Source of the DNA: a bacterium
GTDB taxonomy: Bacteria > Patescibacteriota > Minisyncoccia > Minisyncoccales > UBA10102
Direction of reading: 5' to 3'
Assembly: GCA_030647485.1 (NCBI GenBank)
Contig: JAUSJT010000004.1
Location: 109,088-173,087 of the forward strand
Length of the DNA: 64,000 nt
Numbering within the stretch: position 1 is the stretch's first letter; each line of letters begins with the position of its first letter. A model generated the notes under the pieces. It was not told the DNA's origin. It ran no database searches and worked only from the letters and a program-made list of their open reading frames with translations. The position numbers and the translations under genes were made by a program. Shown here in pieces: positions 42,970 to 52,734 of the stretch.

Positions 42970-43545
42970 ATGAGTAGAATAGGAAAAAAACCAATAGAAA
43001 TACCCACAGGAGTCACGGTTGACATCACAGCTAGTGAGATTAAAGTTGCAGGCCCCAAAGGGGAGCTTTCAAGATCTTTGCCCTATCAGGTGAGCGTGAA
43101 GAAAGAGGGGAATCAGATTATGGTTTCCTTGAATGAGCATACGGGAGCACGGGAACTTTTGAATATACGGGCGCTCTGGGGATTGGTTCGTGCTCTCATT
43201 GCGAACATGATAGAAGGAGTGACCAAGGGATACTCAATAAAGCTGGAGATTGAAGGGGTGGGGTATAAGGCGGAAGTGCAGGGGAACGACTTGGTCTTAG
43301 ATGTCGGATTTTCCCATACCGTGAAGATTCCTGCACTTTTTGGGGTAACATTCTTAGTTGAAAAGAATATCATCACTGTTTCTGGCATTGATAAGGAAGC
43401 CGTGGGCCAGGTTGCTGCATCCGTCAGAAAAACAAAGCCAGTGGAACCCTACAAAGGGAAGGGCATTAAATATCAAGGAGAATACGTGCGTAGGAAATTA
43501 GGCAAAAGAGTGGCAGGAGCTACGGGAGCTGCTGCGGCAAAATAA
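42970..43545 (+). CDS. rplF: 50S ribosomal protein L6
   Basis: MSRIGKKPIEIPTGV...; ...PYKGKGIKYQGE. Confidence 0.95.
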   Translation: MSRIGKKPIEIPTGVTVDITASEIKVAGPKGELSRSLPYQVSVKKEGNQIMVSLNEHTGARELLNIRALWGLVRALIANMIEGVTKGYSIKLEIEGVGYKAEVQGNDLVLDVGFSHTVKIPALFGVTFLVEKNIITVSGIDKEAVGQVAASVRKTKPVEPYKGKGIKYQGEYVRRKLGKRVAGATGAAAAK

Positions 43546-43554
43546 TATTTTTCT

Positions 43555-43908
43555 ATGGATAGTACTGCAAAACAACAGAAAAGAAAGGCAAGACAAAGGC
43601 GCATACGTTCTCGTGTTTCAGGTTCAAAAGAGCGTCCTAGGCTTGCGGTTTTTCGTTCAAACAAGCATCTTTTCATTCAGATTATTGATGACACAAAGCA
43701 TGTGACTTTAGTTTCTCTTGCAGATACGGGCATTACAAAGGGCAAGGGGAAAAGAGTTGAGAGGGCAAAAGAATTAGGAAAGTCTCTTGCAAAAAAAGCA
43801 AAAGAAGCGAAGATTACCAAAGTCGTGTTTGATCGTCGAGGATACGCATATCATGGTATTGTACAGGCAGTTGCCCAAGGGGCCCGAGAGGGCGGGCTAG
43901 AATTTTAA
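43555..43908 (+). CDS. rplR: 50S ribosomal protein L18
   Basis: 117 aa; ...RPRLAVFRSNKHLFIQIIDD..., ...FDRRGYAYHGIVQAVAQGAREGGLEF. Confidence 0.96.
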   Translation: MDSTAKQQKRKARQRRIRSRVSGSKERPRLAVFRSNKHLFIQIIDDTKHVTLVSLADTGITKGKGKRVERAKELGKSLAKKAKEAKITKVVFDRRGYAYHGIVQAVAQGAREGGLEF

Positions 43909-43917
43909 TATATACAT

Positions 43918-44466
43918 ATGCCACTTCAATCTCAAAGAAATTCTGGAAGGCCCCAACGATTTGAAAAGAAAAGCGAGTTTGATTCCAAGCTCGTTGATTT
44001 GGCTCGCGTCACCAGGGTGGCTGCAGGAGGCAAGCATTTCAGGTTCCGCGCAACGATGGTTATAGGAGACGGAAAGGGCAGGGTTGGAATTGGGGTTGCC
44101 AAGGGTCTTGATGTAGCCCAGGCCATAGAAAAGGGCACCAAAGCTGCCCAAAGAAAGATGATTACCGTCCCCATAGTAAACGAGACCATTCCTCATGAGG
44201 TAGAGGCGCATTTTGGAGCTTCCCATGTGCTTTTAAAACCTCAAAAAACAGGACGGGGATTGGTGGCAGGAGGAGTCACGAGAATTATATGCGAGAAAGC
44301 GGGTATTAAGAATGTTTCCGCAAAATTATTGTCTAAGACGCACAATAAACTAAACAACGCGTTGGCAACCATAAAAGCACTGCAGAAGTTAAAGATAAAA
44401 AAGTCTGGGGTAGCCCCAGTTGAAGAACAAAGCAATGCAACTCCATCAAATCCAACCCAAGCATAG
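43918..44466 (+). CDS. rpsE: 30S ribosomal protein S5
   Basis: 182 aa; ...LARVTRVAAGGKHFRFRATMVIGDGKGRVGIGVAKG... Confidence 0.96.
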   Translation: MPLQSQRNSGRPQRFEKKSEFDSKLVDLARVTRVAAGGKHFRFRATMVIGDGKGRVGIGVAKGLDVAQAIEKGTKAAQRKMITVPIVNETIPHEVEAHFGASHVLLKPQKTGRGLVAGGVTRIICEKAGIKNVSAKLLSKTHNKLNNALATIKALQKLKIKKSGVAPVEEQSNATPSNPTQA

Positions 44467-44869
44467 TTTACAGAGAAAGCACAGGATAGGAAGGGGGGGG
44501 AAGAAGGGCACCTATTCTGGGCGCGGCATGAAAGGGCAGAAAGCAAGGGCTGGAGCCAAGTTTTTGCCTATCATCAGAAGTTTGATTAAACGGTATCCAA
44601 AAATGCGTGGTTATCGTGTTCAGAAAACATTCCCTGCGTTCCAGATAGTTTCGCTTCTGGCAGTAGAAAAGGCATTCAAAGTCAACGAAGTCGTGAGTCC
44701 TGCCTCGTTGCTGGAAAAACAGGTGGTTTCGCGTTTTGGAGGAAAATTGCTCCCGATAAAGATTCTGGCTTCAGAGACAATGGCAAAGGCGTTGACCTTT
44801 GAGGGATGCAAGGTTTCCAAGAATGCAAAAATCCTTATTGAAAAAGCAGGCGGCACAGTAAAGGCATGA
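44435..44869 (+). CDS. rplO: 50S ribosomal protein L15 (follows S5 directly; no L30 gene)
   Basis: MQLHQIQPKHSLQRKHRIGRGGKKGTYSGRGMKGQKAR...; overlaps the rpsE end. Confidence 0.92.
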   Translation: MQLHQIQPKHSLQRKHRIGRGGKKGTYSGRGMKGQKARAGAKFLPIIRSLIKRYPKMRGYRVQKTFPAFQIVSLLAVEKAFKVNEVVSPASLLEKQVVSRFGGKLLPIKILASETMAKALTFEGCKVSKNAKILIEKAGGTVKA

Positions 44870-46143
44870 ACTGGAAAAATATCATTCGTATATTTCAGAT
44901 CCGAGACCTTAGAAATAAGCTTCTCTTTGTCTTGGGAATTTTTCTCGTATTCCGTTTGATGGCTAATATTCCCATCCCCAGCATTGACGCAGAAAAACTG
45001 CAGGCATTTTTCGGAGGAAATCAGCTCTTGGGATTACTTAACCTATTTACAGGAGGCGCATTAGATAATCTTTCTATTGCCATGTTGGGAGTCGGGCCGT
45101 ATATTACAGCTACCATTATACTCCAGCTTTTGACCATGATTTTCCCGGCTCTGAATAAAATGTACAAAGAGGAAGGAGAAGCGGGAAGACAGAAATTCAA
45201 TCAGTATGGGCGCCTCCTTTCCGTTCCTTTTGCATTCGTGCAGGGATACGGGCTTCTTACGCTTCTTGTACGGCAACAAATCATAGAACCCCTTGCGTTT
45301 CTTCCCACCATTGCGGTGCTCCTTACCGTTACTGCGGGGACGATATTCTTAATGTGGTTAGGTGAATTGATTTCAGAAAAGGGGATAGGCAACGGAGTGT
45401 CGCTCATCATTTTTGCGGGTATCGTTGCCGAGTTTCCTACGTCTATACGGCAGCTTTTTCTTGCTTGGGATCCATCAAAGCTTCTCCCTACAGTTGCCTT
45501 TTTTGTCATGGCTTTGTTTATTATTGCCGCAGTTGTGTTTATTACCGAGGCAAGGAGAAACGTTCCAGTATCATACGCAAAGAGAGTGCGTGGGAATAGG
45601 GTGTATGGGGGGGTCTCCACATACTTGCCCCTCCAACTCAATCCCGCAGGCGTGATTCCTATTATCTTTGCTTTGTCCATACTGACGTTTCCTTCCATGA
45701 TTGCTTCGTTCTTTGCGGGATCTGGAGGACTGGTAGGGAATATCGCCAATTCCATACAGAATTTCTTTTTAAACCCATGGAGCTATGGCATTCTCTATTT
45801 TCTTTTAGTTGCGATGTTTACTTTCTTTTATACCGCAGTGACGTTTGATCCCAAAGCCGTAGCTACCAATCTTCAAAAGTCAGGAGGATTTATTCCTGGC
45901 GTAAGGCCTGGGATTTCAACCTCTTCTTTTCTCTCTTATATTCTTAATCGCATTTTGCTGGTTGGTGCCTTGTTCCTTGGAACCATAGCAGTGCTTCCTT
46001 CTGTGATCCAGGGATCCACGGGGATTCAAACCTTCCAATTTTTGGTTGGCGGTGCCGCGCTCTTAATCGTGGTGAACGTGGTGCTCGACACCATACGCCA
46101 GATTAGATCACAGCTTCAAATGAGAGATTATGACAGTTTCTAA
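44866..46143 (+). CDS. secY: preprotein translocase subunit SecY
   Basis: 425 aa, 10 TM; ...ALGVGPYITATIILQLL..., ...LMWLGELISEKGIGNG. Confidence 0.97.
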   Translation: MNWKNIIRIFQIRDLRNKLLFVLGIFLVFRLMANIPIPSIDAEKLQAFFGGNQLLGLLNLFTGGALDNLSIAMLGVGPYITATIILQLLTMIFPALNKMYKEEGEAGRQKFNQYGRLLSVPFAFVQGYGLLTLLVRQQIIEPLAFLPTIAVLLTVTAGTIFLMWLGELISEKGIGNGVSLIIFAGIVAEFPTSIRQLFLAWDPSKLLPTVAFFVMALFIIAAVVFITEARRNVPVSYAKRVRGNRVYGGVSTYLPLQLNPAGVIPIIFALSILTFPSMIASFFAGSGGLVGNIANSIQNFFLNPWSYGILYFLLVAMFTFFYTAVTFDPKAVATNLQKSGGFIPGVRPGISTSSFLSYILNRILLVGALFLGTIAVLPSVIQGSTGIQTFQFLVGGAALLIVVNVVLDTIRQIRSQLQMRDYDSF

Positions 46144-46729
46144 AGCTAAGGAGTTTAAGTTTATCTCCTTGCTAGGGAAGCCAGGTTCTGGCAAGGGCAC
46201 TCAAGCAGAGTTGCTGGAGAGCAAGTTTCCTTTTGAACATATCAGCACAGGAGAACTTCTTCGTGAGCGTGTCAAAAAGAGAGATTTTATTGCCAAGCGA
46301 TTGCATGAAATTATGGAAACAGGGGGTCTAGTGCCTACTCCTTCGGTATTTCAGCTCTGGATGCCAAGGCTAGAACATTTGAGAAAGCAGAAGACCTTTC
46401 AAGGTCTTGTATTTGATGGCAGTCCTCGCAAACTCTACGAGGCCCAGATGTTAGATGAACTTTTACAGCTGTATGACTGGGATAAGAATTTTAAGGTATT
46501 ACACATTAAAATCTCAGACAAAGAATCGCTTAAAAGATTGCAAAAGCGCGCCAGATCTGATGATGACAAAAAAGACGTCCTCTATCGATTGAGAGTATTC
46601 AAAAAAGAAGTGCTTCCCGCCCTCGCCTATTACAAGAAAAAAGGAGAGGTTGTTGAGATCAACGGGGAACAATCTGTAGAGAATGTGCATAAAGAGATTC
46701 TTAGGAAATTGAAAACGTTCTTGAAATGA
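46130..46729 (+). CDS. adk: adenylate kinase
   Basis: 199 aa; LLGKPGSGKGTQAELL, ...FDGSPR... Confidence 0.9.
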   Translation: MTVSKAKEFKFISLLGKPGSGKGTQAELLESKFPFEHISTGELLRERVKKRDFIAKRLHEIMETGGLVPTPSVFQLWMPRLEHLRKQKTFQGLVFDGSPRKLYEAQMLDELLQLYDWDKNFKVLHIKISDKESLKRLQKRARSDDDKKDVLYRLRVFKKEVLPALAYYKKKGEVVEINGEQSVENVHKEILRKLKTFLK

Positions 46730-47475
46730 TTTCTTTAAAATCGCTTCAGGAGATTTCTGTCATGAGAGAAGGGGGAAGAAAGCTTGCCCAAGTTATGGCG
46801 CAGCTTATCTCTCTTGTAAGGCCAGGGATTCCTACAAGAGAATTAGACAGGGCCGCACGGGCCCTTATTTTAGATTCTGGGGGCGAATTGGCTTTCGAGG
46901 GATATGATGGGTTCCCTGGGGCAATATGTACCTCGATAAACGAGGAAGTGGTGCATTCTGTGCCCTCCTCGCGCGTATTGAAAGAAGGGGACATCGTCAC
47001 CTTGGACATCGGTCTTACATGGCAGGGATGGTTTTTAGATATGGCTCGTACCGTTCCTGTAGGAAACATTGATAAGGCAACCATGCGTCTTTGCAAGGTT
47101 ACACAGGAGTCTTTAGACATTGGTATGAAAAAAGCAAAGGCAGGAAATAAGGTTGGAGGCATCGGATACGCGGTACAGCAGTTTGTGGAGAAAAATGGGT
47201 ATAACGTGGTGCGGGAATTATGCGGACATGGCATAGGAAAGAATCTTCATGAAGATCCTAAGGTGCTCAATTATGGAGAAAGAGATACGGGGTTGGTATT
47301 GAAAGAAGGCATGGTTATTTGCATAGAACCTATGGTGACAGTAGGGGATTGGAAGTTAAAGAGGTCAAAAGACGGCCACGGCTTTGAAACAAAAGACGGT
47401 TCTTTGTCCTGTCATTTTGAAGACACCGTTGCCATCACTTCCTCTGGCCCCCAGGTGTTGACGAGAAGCGAGTAA
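46726..47475 (+). CDS. map: type I methionyl aminopeptidase
   Basis: 249 aa; ...HSVPSSRVLKEGDIVTLDIG..., ...CGHGIGKNLHEDP..., ...FEDTVAIT. Confidence 0.95.
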   Translation: MISLKSLQEISVMREGGRKLAQVMAQLISLVRPGIPTRELDRAARALILDSGGELAFEGYDGFPGAICTSINEEVVHSVPSSRVLKEGDIVTLDIGLTWQGWFLDMARTVPVGNIDKATMRLCKVTQESLDIGMKKAKAGNKVGGIGYAVQQFVEKNGYNVVRELCGHGIGKNLHEDPKVLNYGERDTGLVLKEGMVICIEPMVTVGDWKLKRSKDGHGFETKDGSLSCHFEDTVAITSSGPQVLTRSE

Positions 47476-47492
47476 GACGGGATGATAGAAGA

Positions 47493-47942
47493 ATGTTTGA
47501 ACTGAAAACATTTCTCATTGCCATGTCTCCGGTGGTGGAGTTGCGGGGATCTATCCCTATTGCCTTAGAAATGTTCCATTTGCCTTTGTGGTCTGCGTAT
47601 TTCTTCTCTGTGTTGGGGAATATGGTTCCCGTGCTTCTTCTGCCATTTCTGGGAGTTGTGAGTAGTGAGCTTTCCCGTCGTTTTTCTTTTTTGGAAAGGT
47701 TTCTCTCATGGCTCTTTTTGTATACAAGAAAAAAACATGAGAGATCATTTGAACTCTTTCGAGATTTTGCTTTGGTGATATTCGTGGCAATCCCTCTGCC
47801 TCTCACAGGAGCATGGACTGCAACCCTTGTTGCGTTTGTTTTTGGGATTCCTCTTCGCAAGGCATTTCCACTTATCCTTCTTGGGGTTATAATAGCTGGA
47901 GTAACGGTAACCTTGATTACTTTAGGAATCACAAGCATATGA
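47493..47942 (+). CDS. small multi-drug-export-like membrane protein (COG2426-type)
   Basis: 149 aa; ...SPVVELRGSIPIAL..., 4 TM segments. Confidence 0.5.
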   Translation: MFELKTFLIAMSPVVELRGSIPIALEMFHLPLWSAYFFSVLGNMVPVLLLPFLGVVSSELSRRFSFLERFLSWLFLYTRKKHERSFELFRDFALVIFVAIPLPLTGAWTATLVAFVFGIPLRKAFPLILLGVIIAGVTVTLITLGITSI

Positions 47943-48631
47943 GGCCACTTATTATCGCAAATTGGAAAATGAATCCTGCAAACTCAAAGGATGCCTTTGA
48001 TCTTGCAAGAGCCGTTGTGCGGGGGTTGGAGGGCGTAGAGGCTGACGTAGTGCTGTGCCCGCCTTTTGTGTATGTTCCCCAGCTACTGCCTTCTCCAAAC
48101 GTCTTTATTGGCTCCCAGGATGCTTTCTGGGAACAGGAAGGGGCGTATACGGGAGAGGTTTCTCCCCTAATGCTCAAGAATCTTGGATGTTCTTATGTAA
48201 TTCTTGGGCATTCAGAACGGAGGAAGTTGGGAGAAACTTCCCAAATGGTTGCAAAAAAGATTCAGGCCGTTCTCGACGCCGTCCTTGTCCCAGTCGTGTG
48301 CATCGGAGAAGATATTGAGCGCGAGATGAACATAACCCTCAAAGATATCAAGGAGACAGATGTCTCAAAGATTGTGTTCGTGTATGAACCTGAAGGAGCA
48401 ATTAGTACGGAACCTAACGCAAAGCCAGCTTCCCTAGAACAACTAGAGCGTGCATTGAACAGAATGCGTACTCTTCTTCCTAAAACCGCTACCATCCTGT
48501 ACGGAGGGAGCGTGAACAGCAGGAATATTCAGGGGTTTATGGGAAAGGGCGTCCAGGGAGCTCTTGTGGGAGCAGTCTCCCTAGATGCGCAGGAATTCAT
48601 CCAGCTTGTAAAAAATGCAGTTTCCATGTAG
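47939..48631 (+). CDS. tpiA: triose-phosphate isomerase
   Basis: MRPLIIANWKMN...; ILGHSERR; ATGA overlap with the previous gene; the ORF-track start at 47813 is an extension. Confidence 0.93.
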   Translation: MRPLIIANWKMNPANSKDAFDLARAVVRGLEGVEADVVLCPPFVYVPQLLPSPNVFIGSQDAFWEQEGAYTGEVSPLMLKNLGCSYVILGHSERRKLGETSQMVAKKIQAVLDAVLVPVVCIGEDIEREMNITLKDIKETDVSKIVFVYEPEGAISTEPNAKPASLEQLERALNRMRTLLPKTATILYGGSVNSRNIQGFMGKGVQGALVGAVSLDAQEFIQLVKNAVSM

Positions 48632-48645
48632 AATATTCTCTTATG

Positions 48646-48734
48646 ACGATCACATGGTTTCCCCCGACCCCCCTCTTTTCACAACCCTTGGTTTTGAATA
48701 ATTTCCTACACGGGGGAAACCACAAATTTATTAC
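48646..48734 (-). repeat. structured repeat family 2, copy 3 (inverted orientation, tpiA 3' flank)
   Basis: Reverse complement reads GTAATAAATTTGTGGTTTCCCCCGTGTAGGAAATTATTCAAAACCAAGGGTTGTGAAAAGAGGGGGGTCGGGGGAAACCATGTGATCGT. Confidence 0.75.
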
Positions 48735-48741
48735 ATAAATT

Positions 48742-49257
48742 ATGGATATTTTTCTGCAAGATACATTCTTTAATCCAACCAAGGGAGCAATGAAGCTTTC
48801 CGAGGTGCTGGATGAAATGGTGGGGTATATGAGAGAGAAGCCCCACTATAAGTACGAGGTTATTGTTGGATGCGATTCTTCTCCTTCTGAAGAGCCTACG
48901 TTTCCTGTGGTTATAGTCGTCTTAAGAAAGGGAGAAGGGGGAAGATTCTTTTTAAAGAAGGTGCATTATCAGCCCACCATAAAGAGATTTTACAATATCC
49001 ATGACAGGATTTTAGAAGAAGTTTGGCTTTCTTGCCAGTTAGCTTTGTGGTTGAGGGAGAACTTTGCGCTACGCGTGAAGCAAGAAAAGAGCCCATTGGA
49101 ATATCAGTTTGAATACATTCATGCGGACGTAGGGGAGAACGGTTTAACGAGAGACATGATCAAAGAGGTTACCGGCCTTATCAAGGGAAACGGGTTTGAG
49201 GCAAGGATCAAACCGTACTCTTTTGCTGCTTCTTGTGTGGCAGACAGGTATTCTTGA
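48742..49257 (+). CDS. YkuK/DUF458-like RNase-H-fold protein
   Basis: 171 aa; ...YEVIVGCDSS...FPVVIVVLRKGEGGRFF...YIHADVG... Confidence 0.6.
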   Translation: MDIFLQDTFFNPTKGAMKLSEVLDEMVGYMREKPHYKYEVIVGCDSSPSEEPTFPVVIVVLRKGEGGRFFLKKVHYQPTIKRFYNIHDRILEEVWLSCQLALWLRENFALRVKQEKSPLEYQFEYIHADVGENGLTRDMIKEVTGLIKGNGFEARIKPYSFAASCVADRYS

Positions 49258-49259
49258 TT

Positions 49260-49823
49260 ATGATGGGCTCGATTGTAACTCTTACGGGTGCTTCTGGGGT
49301 AGGGAAGACAACCATTACAGATAAGCTTCTTTTGAGTATTCCAGATATAAAGTTTATTGGAACCCTTAATACTCGAGAGAGAAGGAAAATCGATCGTCCA
49401 GAAGATTCTTACAGCGTTTCTCAACAGGAGTTTGAAAAGAGGAAACAAGCAGGGGAGTTTTTGTGGACGGTAAAAGTTCATGAACATTGGAAAGGAACCC
49501 TTAAGTCAGCAGTAGACGATGCGCTTTTGCGTCCAAGCTCCTCTCTTATCATTCTCGTTCCAGAAATCGTCCCAATTCTTCTTAAGTATGCGCCAAACCA
49601 TGTTTTTTCTTTCTTCATCCCCTCTCCTTCGGAAGAGATTTTAAGGGCACGACTTTTAAAGCGAGGTGATTCTTCGCAGGATATTGAACAAAGAATTAAC
49701 GACTGCAAGCGGTGGGATGATGCAGCGAAGGCATCTGGTCTCCCGTATATTTTTATAACTAACGAGGGTCCGATAGAGGATACGGTCTCGCAAATTCTCC
49801 GTAATCTTCCTCGAGGGTATTGA
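49260..49823 (+). CDS. guanylate-kinase-like P-loop kinase
   Basis: MMGSIVTLTGASGVGKTTI...TRERR...YSVSQQEFE...GEFLW... Confidence 0.6.
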   Translation: MMGSIVTLTGASGVGKTTITDKLLLSIPDIKFIGTLNTRERRKIDRPEDSYSVSQQEFEKRKQAGEFLWTVKVHEHWKGTLKSAVDDALLRPSSSLIILVPEIVPILLKYAPNHVFSFFIPSPSEEILRARLLKRGDSSQDIEQRINDCKRWDDAAKASGLPYIFITNEGPIEDTVSQILRNLPRGY

Positions 49824-49830
49824 ACATTGT

Positions 49831-50877
49831 ATGCCGAAGAGAAAGGAAAAAGTATACGTGGGAATGTCAGGCGGCGTTGATAGTTCAGTTGCGGCGGCTC
49901 TTCTAAAAAGAGACGGTTTTGACGTTGTAGGAGTATATATGAAGTGCTGGACAGAAGGCGTCGCTTGCACGTCTCAAGACGATGAGAGGTCTGCCAGACT
50001 TGCAGCCGATCACCTTAATATCCCTTTCTATACCTGGAACTTTCTTAAAGAATACAAAGAGAAAGTGGTGGACTATATGCTCAAGGGGTATAGCCAGGGC
50101 ATTACTCCAAATCCAGATATTATGTGCAATAAAGAGATTAAATTTGGGTTGTTCTATGACCGGGCAATGAAGCTGGGAGCTGACTATGTTGCAACTGGGC
50201 ACTATGTAAGGAAAGAAAAGAGGGGAGATAGTTTTGCCTTGCTAAAAGGAAAGGATCCAGACAAGGATCAGTCCTATTTTCTTTCCTTTATCCGTCCCTC
50301 GGTGTTAGCAAGCCTTATATTTCCCGTTGGTAACCATTTAAAATCTGAAGTGCGCGCTTATGCAAAAAAGATAGGGCTGCCCAATGCGGAAAGAAAAGAC
50401 AGTCAAGGAATATGTTTTGTGGGGAAGGTTGAGATGGGAGATTTTTTAAGAGAGCATATACCAACTCAAGAAGGGGATATTGTCTCTGTTGACGGAAAAC
50501 TCCTGGGAAAGCATGATGGTGCTTTTTACTACACCATTGGGCAGAGAGAGGGGATTGGGTTGAGCGGTGGCCCATATTATGTGGTACAAAAAGAGTTCAA
50601 AACCAATCGCTTGGTGGTGAGTACAGAAATGAAGGATATTCTTGAAGAAGAGATTACGGTTAAGGATATTAACTGGTTCTCAAAACCAACAGAAAACCCA
50701 GCAAAAGTTTCTGCAAAATTCAGGTATCGTCAGCCAGATGTGGAAGTGACAATTGATTGCAAGACCGGTGGTATATGCATAGTAAAACCAGATATTCCGC
50801 AACGTGCTATAACCCCAGGGCAATTTGCCGTTTTGTACCAGAACGAAACTCTCATTGGCGGAGGCGTGATTCAGTGA
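49831..50877 (+). CDS. mnmA: tRNA 2-thiouridine(34) synthase MnmA
   Basis: 348 aa; VYVGMSGGVDSSVAA, ...GITPNPDIMCNKEIKF..., ...KDQSYFL. Confidence 0.95.
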   Translation: MPKRKEKVYVGMSGGVDSSVAAALLKRDGFDVVGVYMKCWTEGVACTSQDDERSARLAADHLNIPFYTWNFLKEYKEKVVDYMLKGYSQGITPNPDIMCNKEIKFGLFYDRAMKLGADYVATGHYVRKEKRGDSFALLKGKDPDKDQSYFLSFIRPSVLASLIFPVGNHLKSEVRAYAKKIGLPNAERKDSQGICFVGKVEMGDFLREHIPTQEGDIVSVDGKLLGKHDGAFYYTIGQREGIGLSGGPYYVVQKEFKTNRLVVSTEMKDILEEEITVKDINWFSKPTENPAKVSAKFRYRQPDVEVTIDCKTGGICIVKPDIPQRAITPGQFAVLYQNETLIGGGVIQ

Positions 50878-50889
50878 TATAATTTTGAT

Positions 50890-52728
50890 ATGGATTCTGG
50901 TTCATTGCGTCACGCGTTCCTTAATTTTTTCAAAGAGAGGGGGCATACGATTGTGCCATCCTCTTCTTTGGTCCCAGATGATCCTTCCGTACTCCTTACG
51001 ACTGCAGGAATGCAGCAATTCAAGCCCTATTACACTGGGGCTGTAGACCCTTTCGTTTCTCCTCATCCTACGTTAGGGGGTAAGTCCCTGGGAAGCAAGA
51101 ATGCTGCCTCCATTCAAAAGAGTTTTCGCACCTCTGATATTGATGAAGTAGGGGATGAACGGCACCTCACGTTTTTTGAGATGATGGGAAACTTTTCCTT
51201 TGGAGGATATTTTAAGGAAGAAGCTATCAGGTATGCGTATGATTTTATTGTGAAAGAAGTGGGGTTAAAGATTGATTATGTGAGCGTATTCGGAGGAGAA
51301 AGTTCGGTACCCGTTGATGAGGAATCCGAACGGATATGGAAATCTATTGATTCTGACCTTGTGGTGAAAAGATTCGGAAGAGCAGATAATTTTTGGGGGC
51401 CCACGGGCAACGAAGGGCCATGCGGTCCAACCACGGAAATTTATGTGAACGGCATTGAGATTTGGAATATTGTTTTTAACCAGTATTTCCAGGACCGCAA
51501 CGGGAATCTGGAACCCTTGAAAACTCCTGGCATTGATACTGGTATGGGTTTGGAGCGATTGGCAATGGTTTCGCAGGACAAGTCTCATGTATTTGAGACA
51601 GATTTATTCAGCTCGCTACAATCTTTTTTACCTTCAGGAACGCACTCTGTCGCATTTAGGCGAACACTTGATCATATGCGTGCAGTATCATTTTTACTTG
51701 CAGACGGTGTTCGTCCATCTAATAAAGAGGCCGGATATGTACTTCGCCGCCTCATAAGGAAAACGGTACTTTATGAAGATAGATATAAGTTTTCTGAAGA
51801 TGCACTTCGTAATATATTGTCGGTTATTACCCAAGAGTACGGTGATTTTTATAGAGAACTGATAGAAAACCAAAATGTTATTCTTGAAGCATTCGCAGGT
51901 GAACAGCAGAAGTTCAGAAAACTTGTTAGCGAGGGCCGGAAACGAATTCATGACCTCATTAAGAAAAAAGAAGAGCAGTCGCACTTTGCGGTGCGTGTTA
52001 AAGAGGATTTTGGTTCAAAAAGCGAGCATTTTATTAACTTGATTTCCGGAGATGAGGCCTTTGATATCTATCAGACGTTTGGCTTCCCACCCGAACTTAT
52101 TGAAGATGAACTTGCGCAGTATGCTTATAGTTATCACAAAGAAGAGTTTAAGCAGGCATTTGAAAGGGCGCAACAGAAGCACCAAGAAATTTCTCGCGCA
52201 GGACTCGAGAGGAAATTCGGGGGACACGGCCTTCTTCTTGATACGGGAGAATTGAAAGCTGCAAACGAAGAAGAGTTGCAGATTGTTACAAGACTCCATA
52301 CCGCAACTCATCTTTTGCAGGCAGGCCTCAGGAAAGTACTTGGGGAAACGGTTCATCAGGCAGGTTCCGATATTACGGTCGAGCGTACTCGATTCGATTT
52401 CACATACGATCGAAAGCTCACTCCAGAAGAGTTGAAGAGCGCAGAACAGCTTGTCAACGAAGCAATTGAAAAAGATTTAAGCATGGAGTACAAGGAAATG
52501 TCTTTCCAGGAAGCCATAGCTACAGGAGCTTTGTATTCTCCCAAAGAAAAGTATCCAGCGCGAGTAAAGGTATACTCAGCATGGAATCCTCAAACAAAGG
52601 AGGTATTTTCGAGAGAGCTTTGCGGAGGTCCCCATGTAACCCATACAGGGGAGATAGGGAAAGTGAAAATCATTAAAGAAGAGGGGGTCGCTGCAGGGGT
52701 GAGAAGAATACGAGCCGTTTTAGAATAA
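50890..52728 (+). CDS. alaS: alanine--tRNA ligase, short form lacking the C-terminal (C-Ala) region
   Basis: 612 aa; ...FLNFFKERGHTIVPSSSLVP.DPSVLLTTAGMQQFKPYY; editing-domain HTATHLL...CGGPHV. Confidence 0.9.
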   Translation: MDSGSLRHAFLNFFKERGHTIVPSSSLVPDDPSVLLTTAGMQQFKPYYTGAVDPFVSPHPTLGGKSLGSKNAASIQKSFRTSDIDEVGDERHLTFFEMMGNFSFGGYFKEEAIRYAYDFIVKEVGLKIDYVSVFGGESSVPVDEESERIWKSIDSDLVVKRFGRADNFWGPTGNEGPCGPTTEIYVNGIEIWNIVFNQYFQDRNGNLEPLKTPGIDTGMGLERLAMVSQDKSHVFETDLFSSLQSFLPSGTHSVAFRRTLDHMRAVSFLLADGVRPSNKEAGYVLRRLIRKTVLYEDRYKFSEDALRNILSVITQEYGDFYRELIENQNVILEAFAGEQQKFRKLVSEGRKRIHDLIKKKEEQSHFAVRVKEDFGSKSEHFINLISGDEAFDIYQTFGFPPELIEDELAQYAYSYHKEEFKQAFERAQQKHQEISRAGLERKFGGHGLLLDTGELKAANEEELQIVTRLHTATHLLQAGLRKVLGETVHQAGSDITVERTRFDFTYDRKLTPEELKSAEQLVNEAIEKDLSMEYKEMSFQEAIATGALYSPKEKYPARVKVYSAWNPQTKEVFSRELCGGPHVTHTGEIGKVKIIKEEGVAAGVRRIRAVLE

Positions 52729-52734
52729 AAAGAT

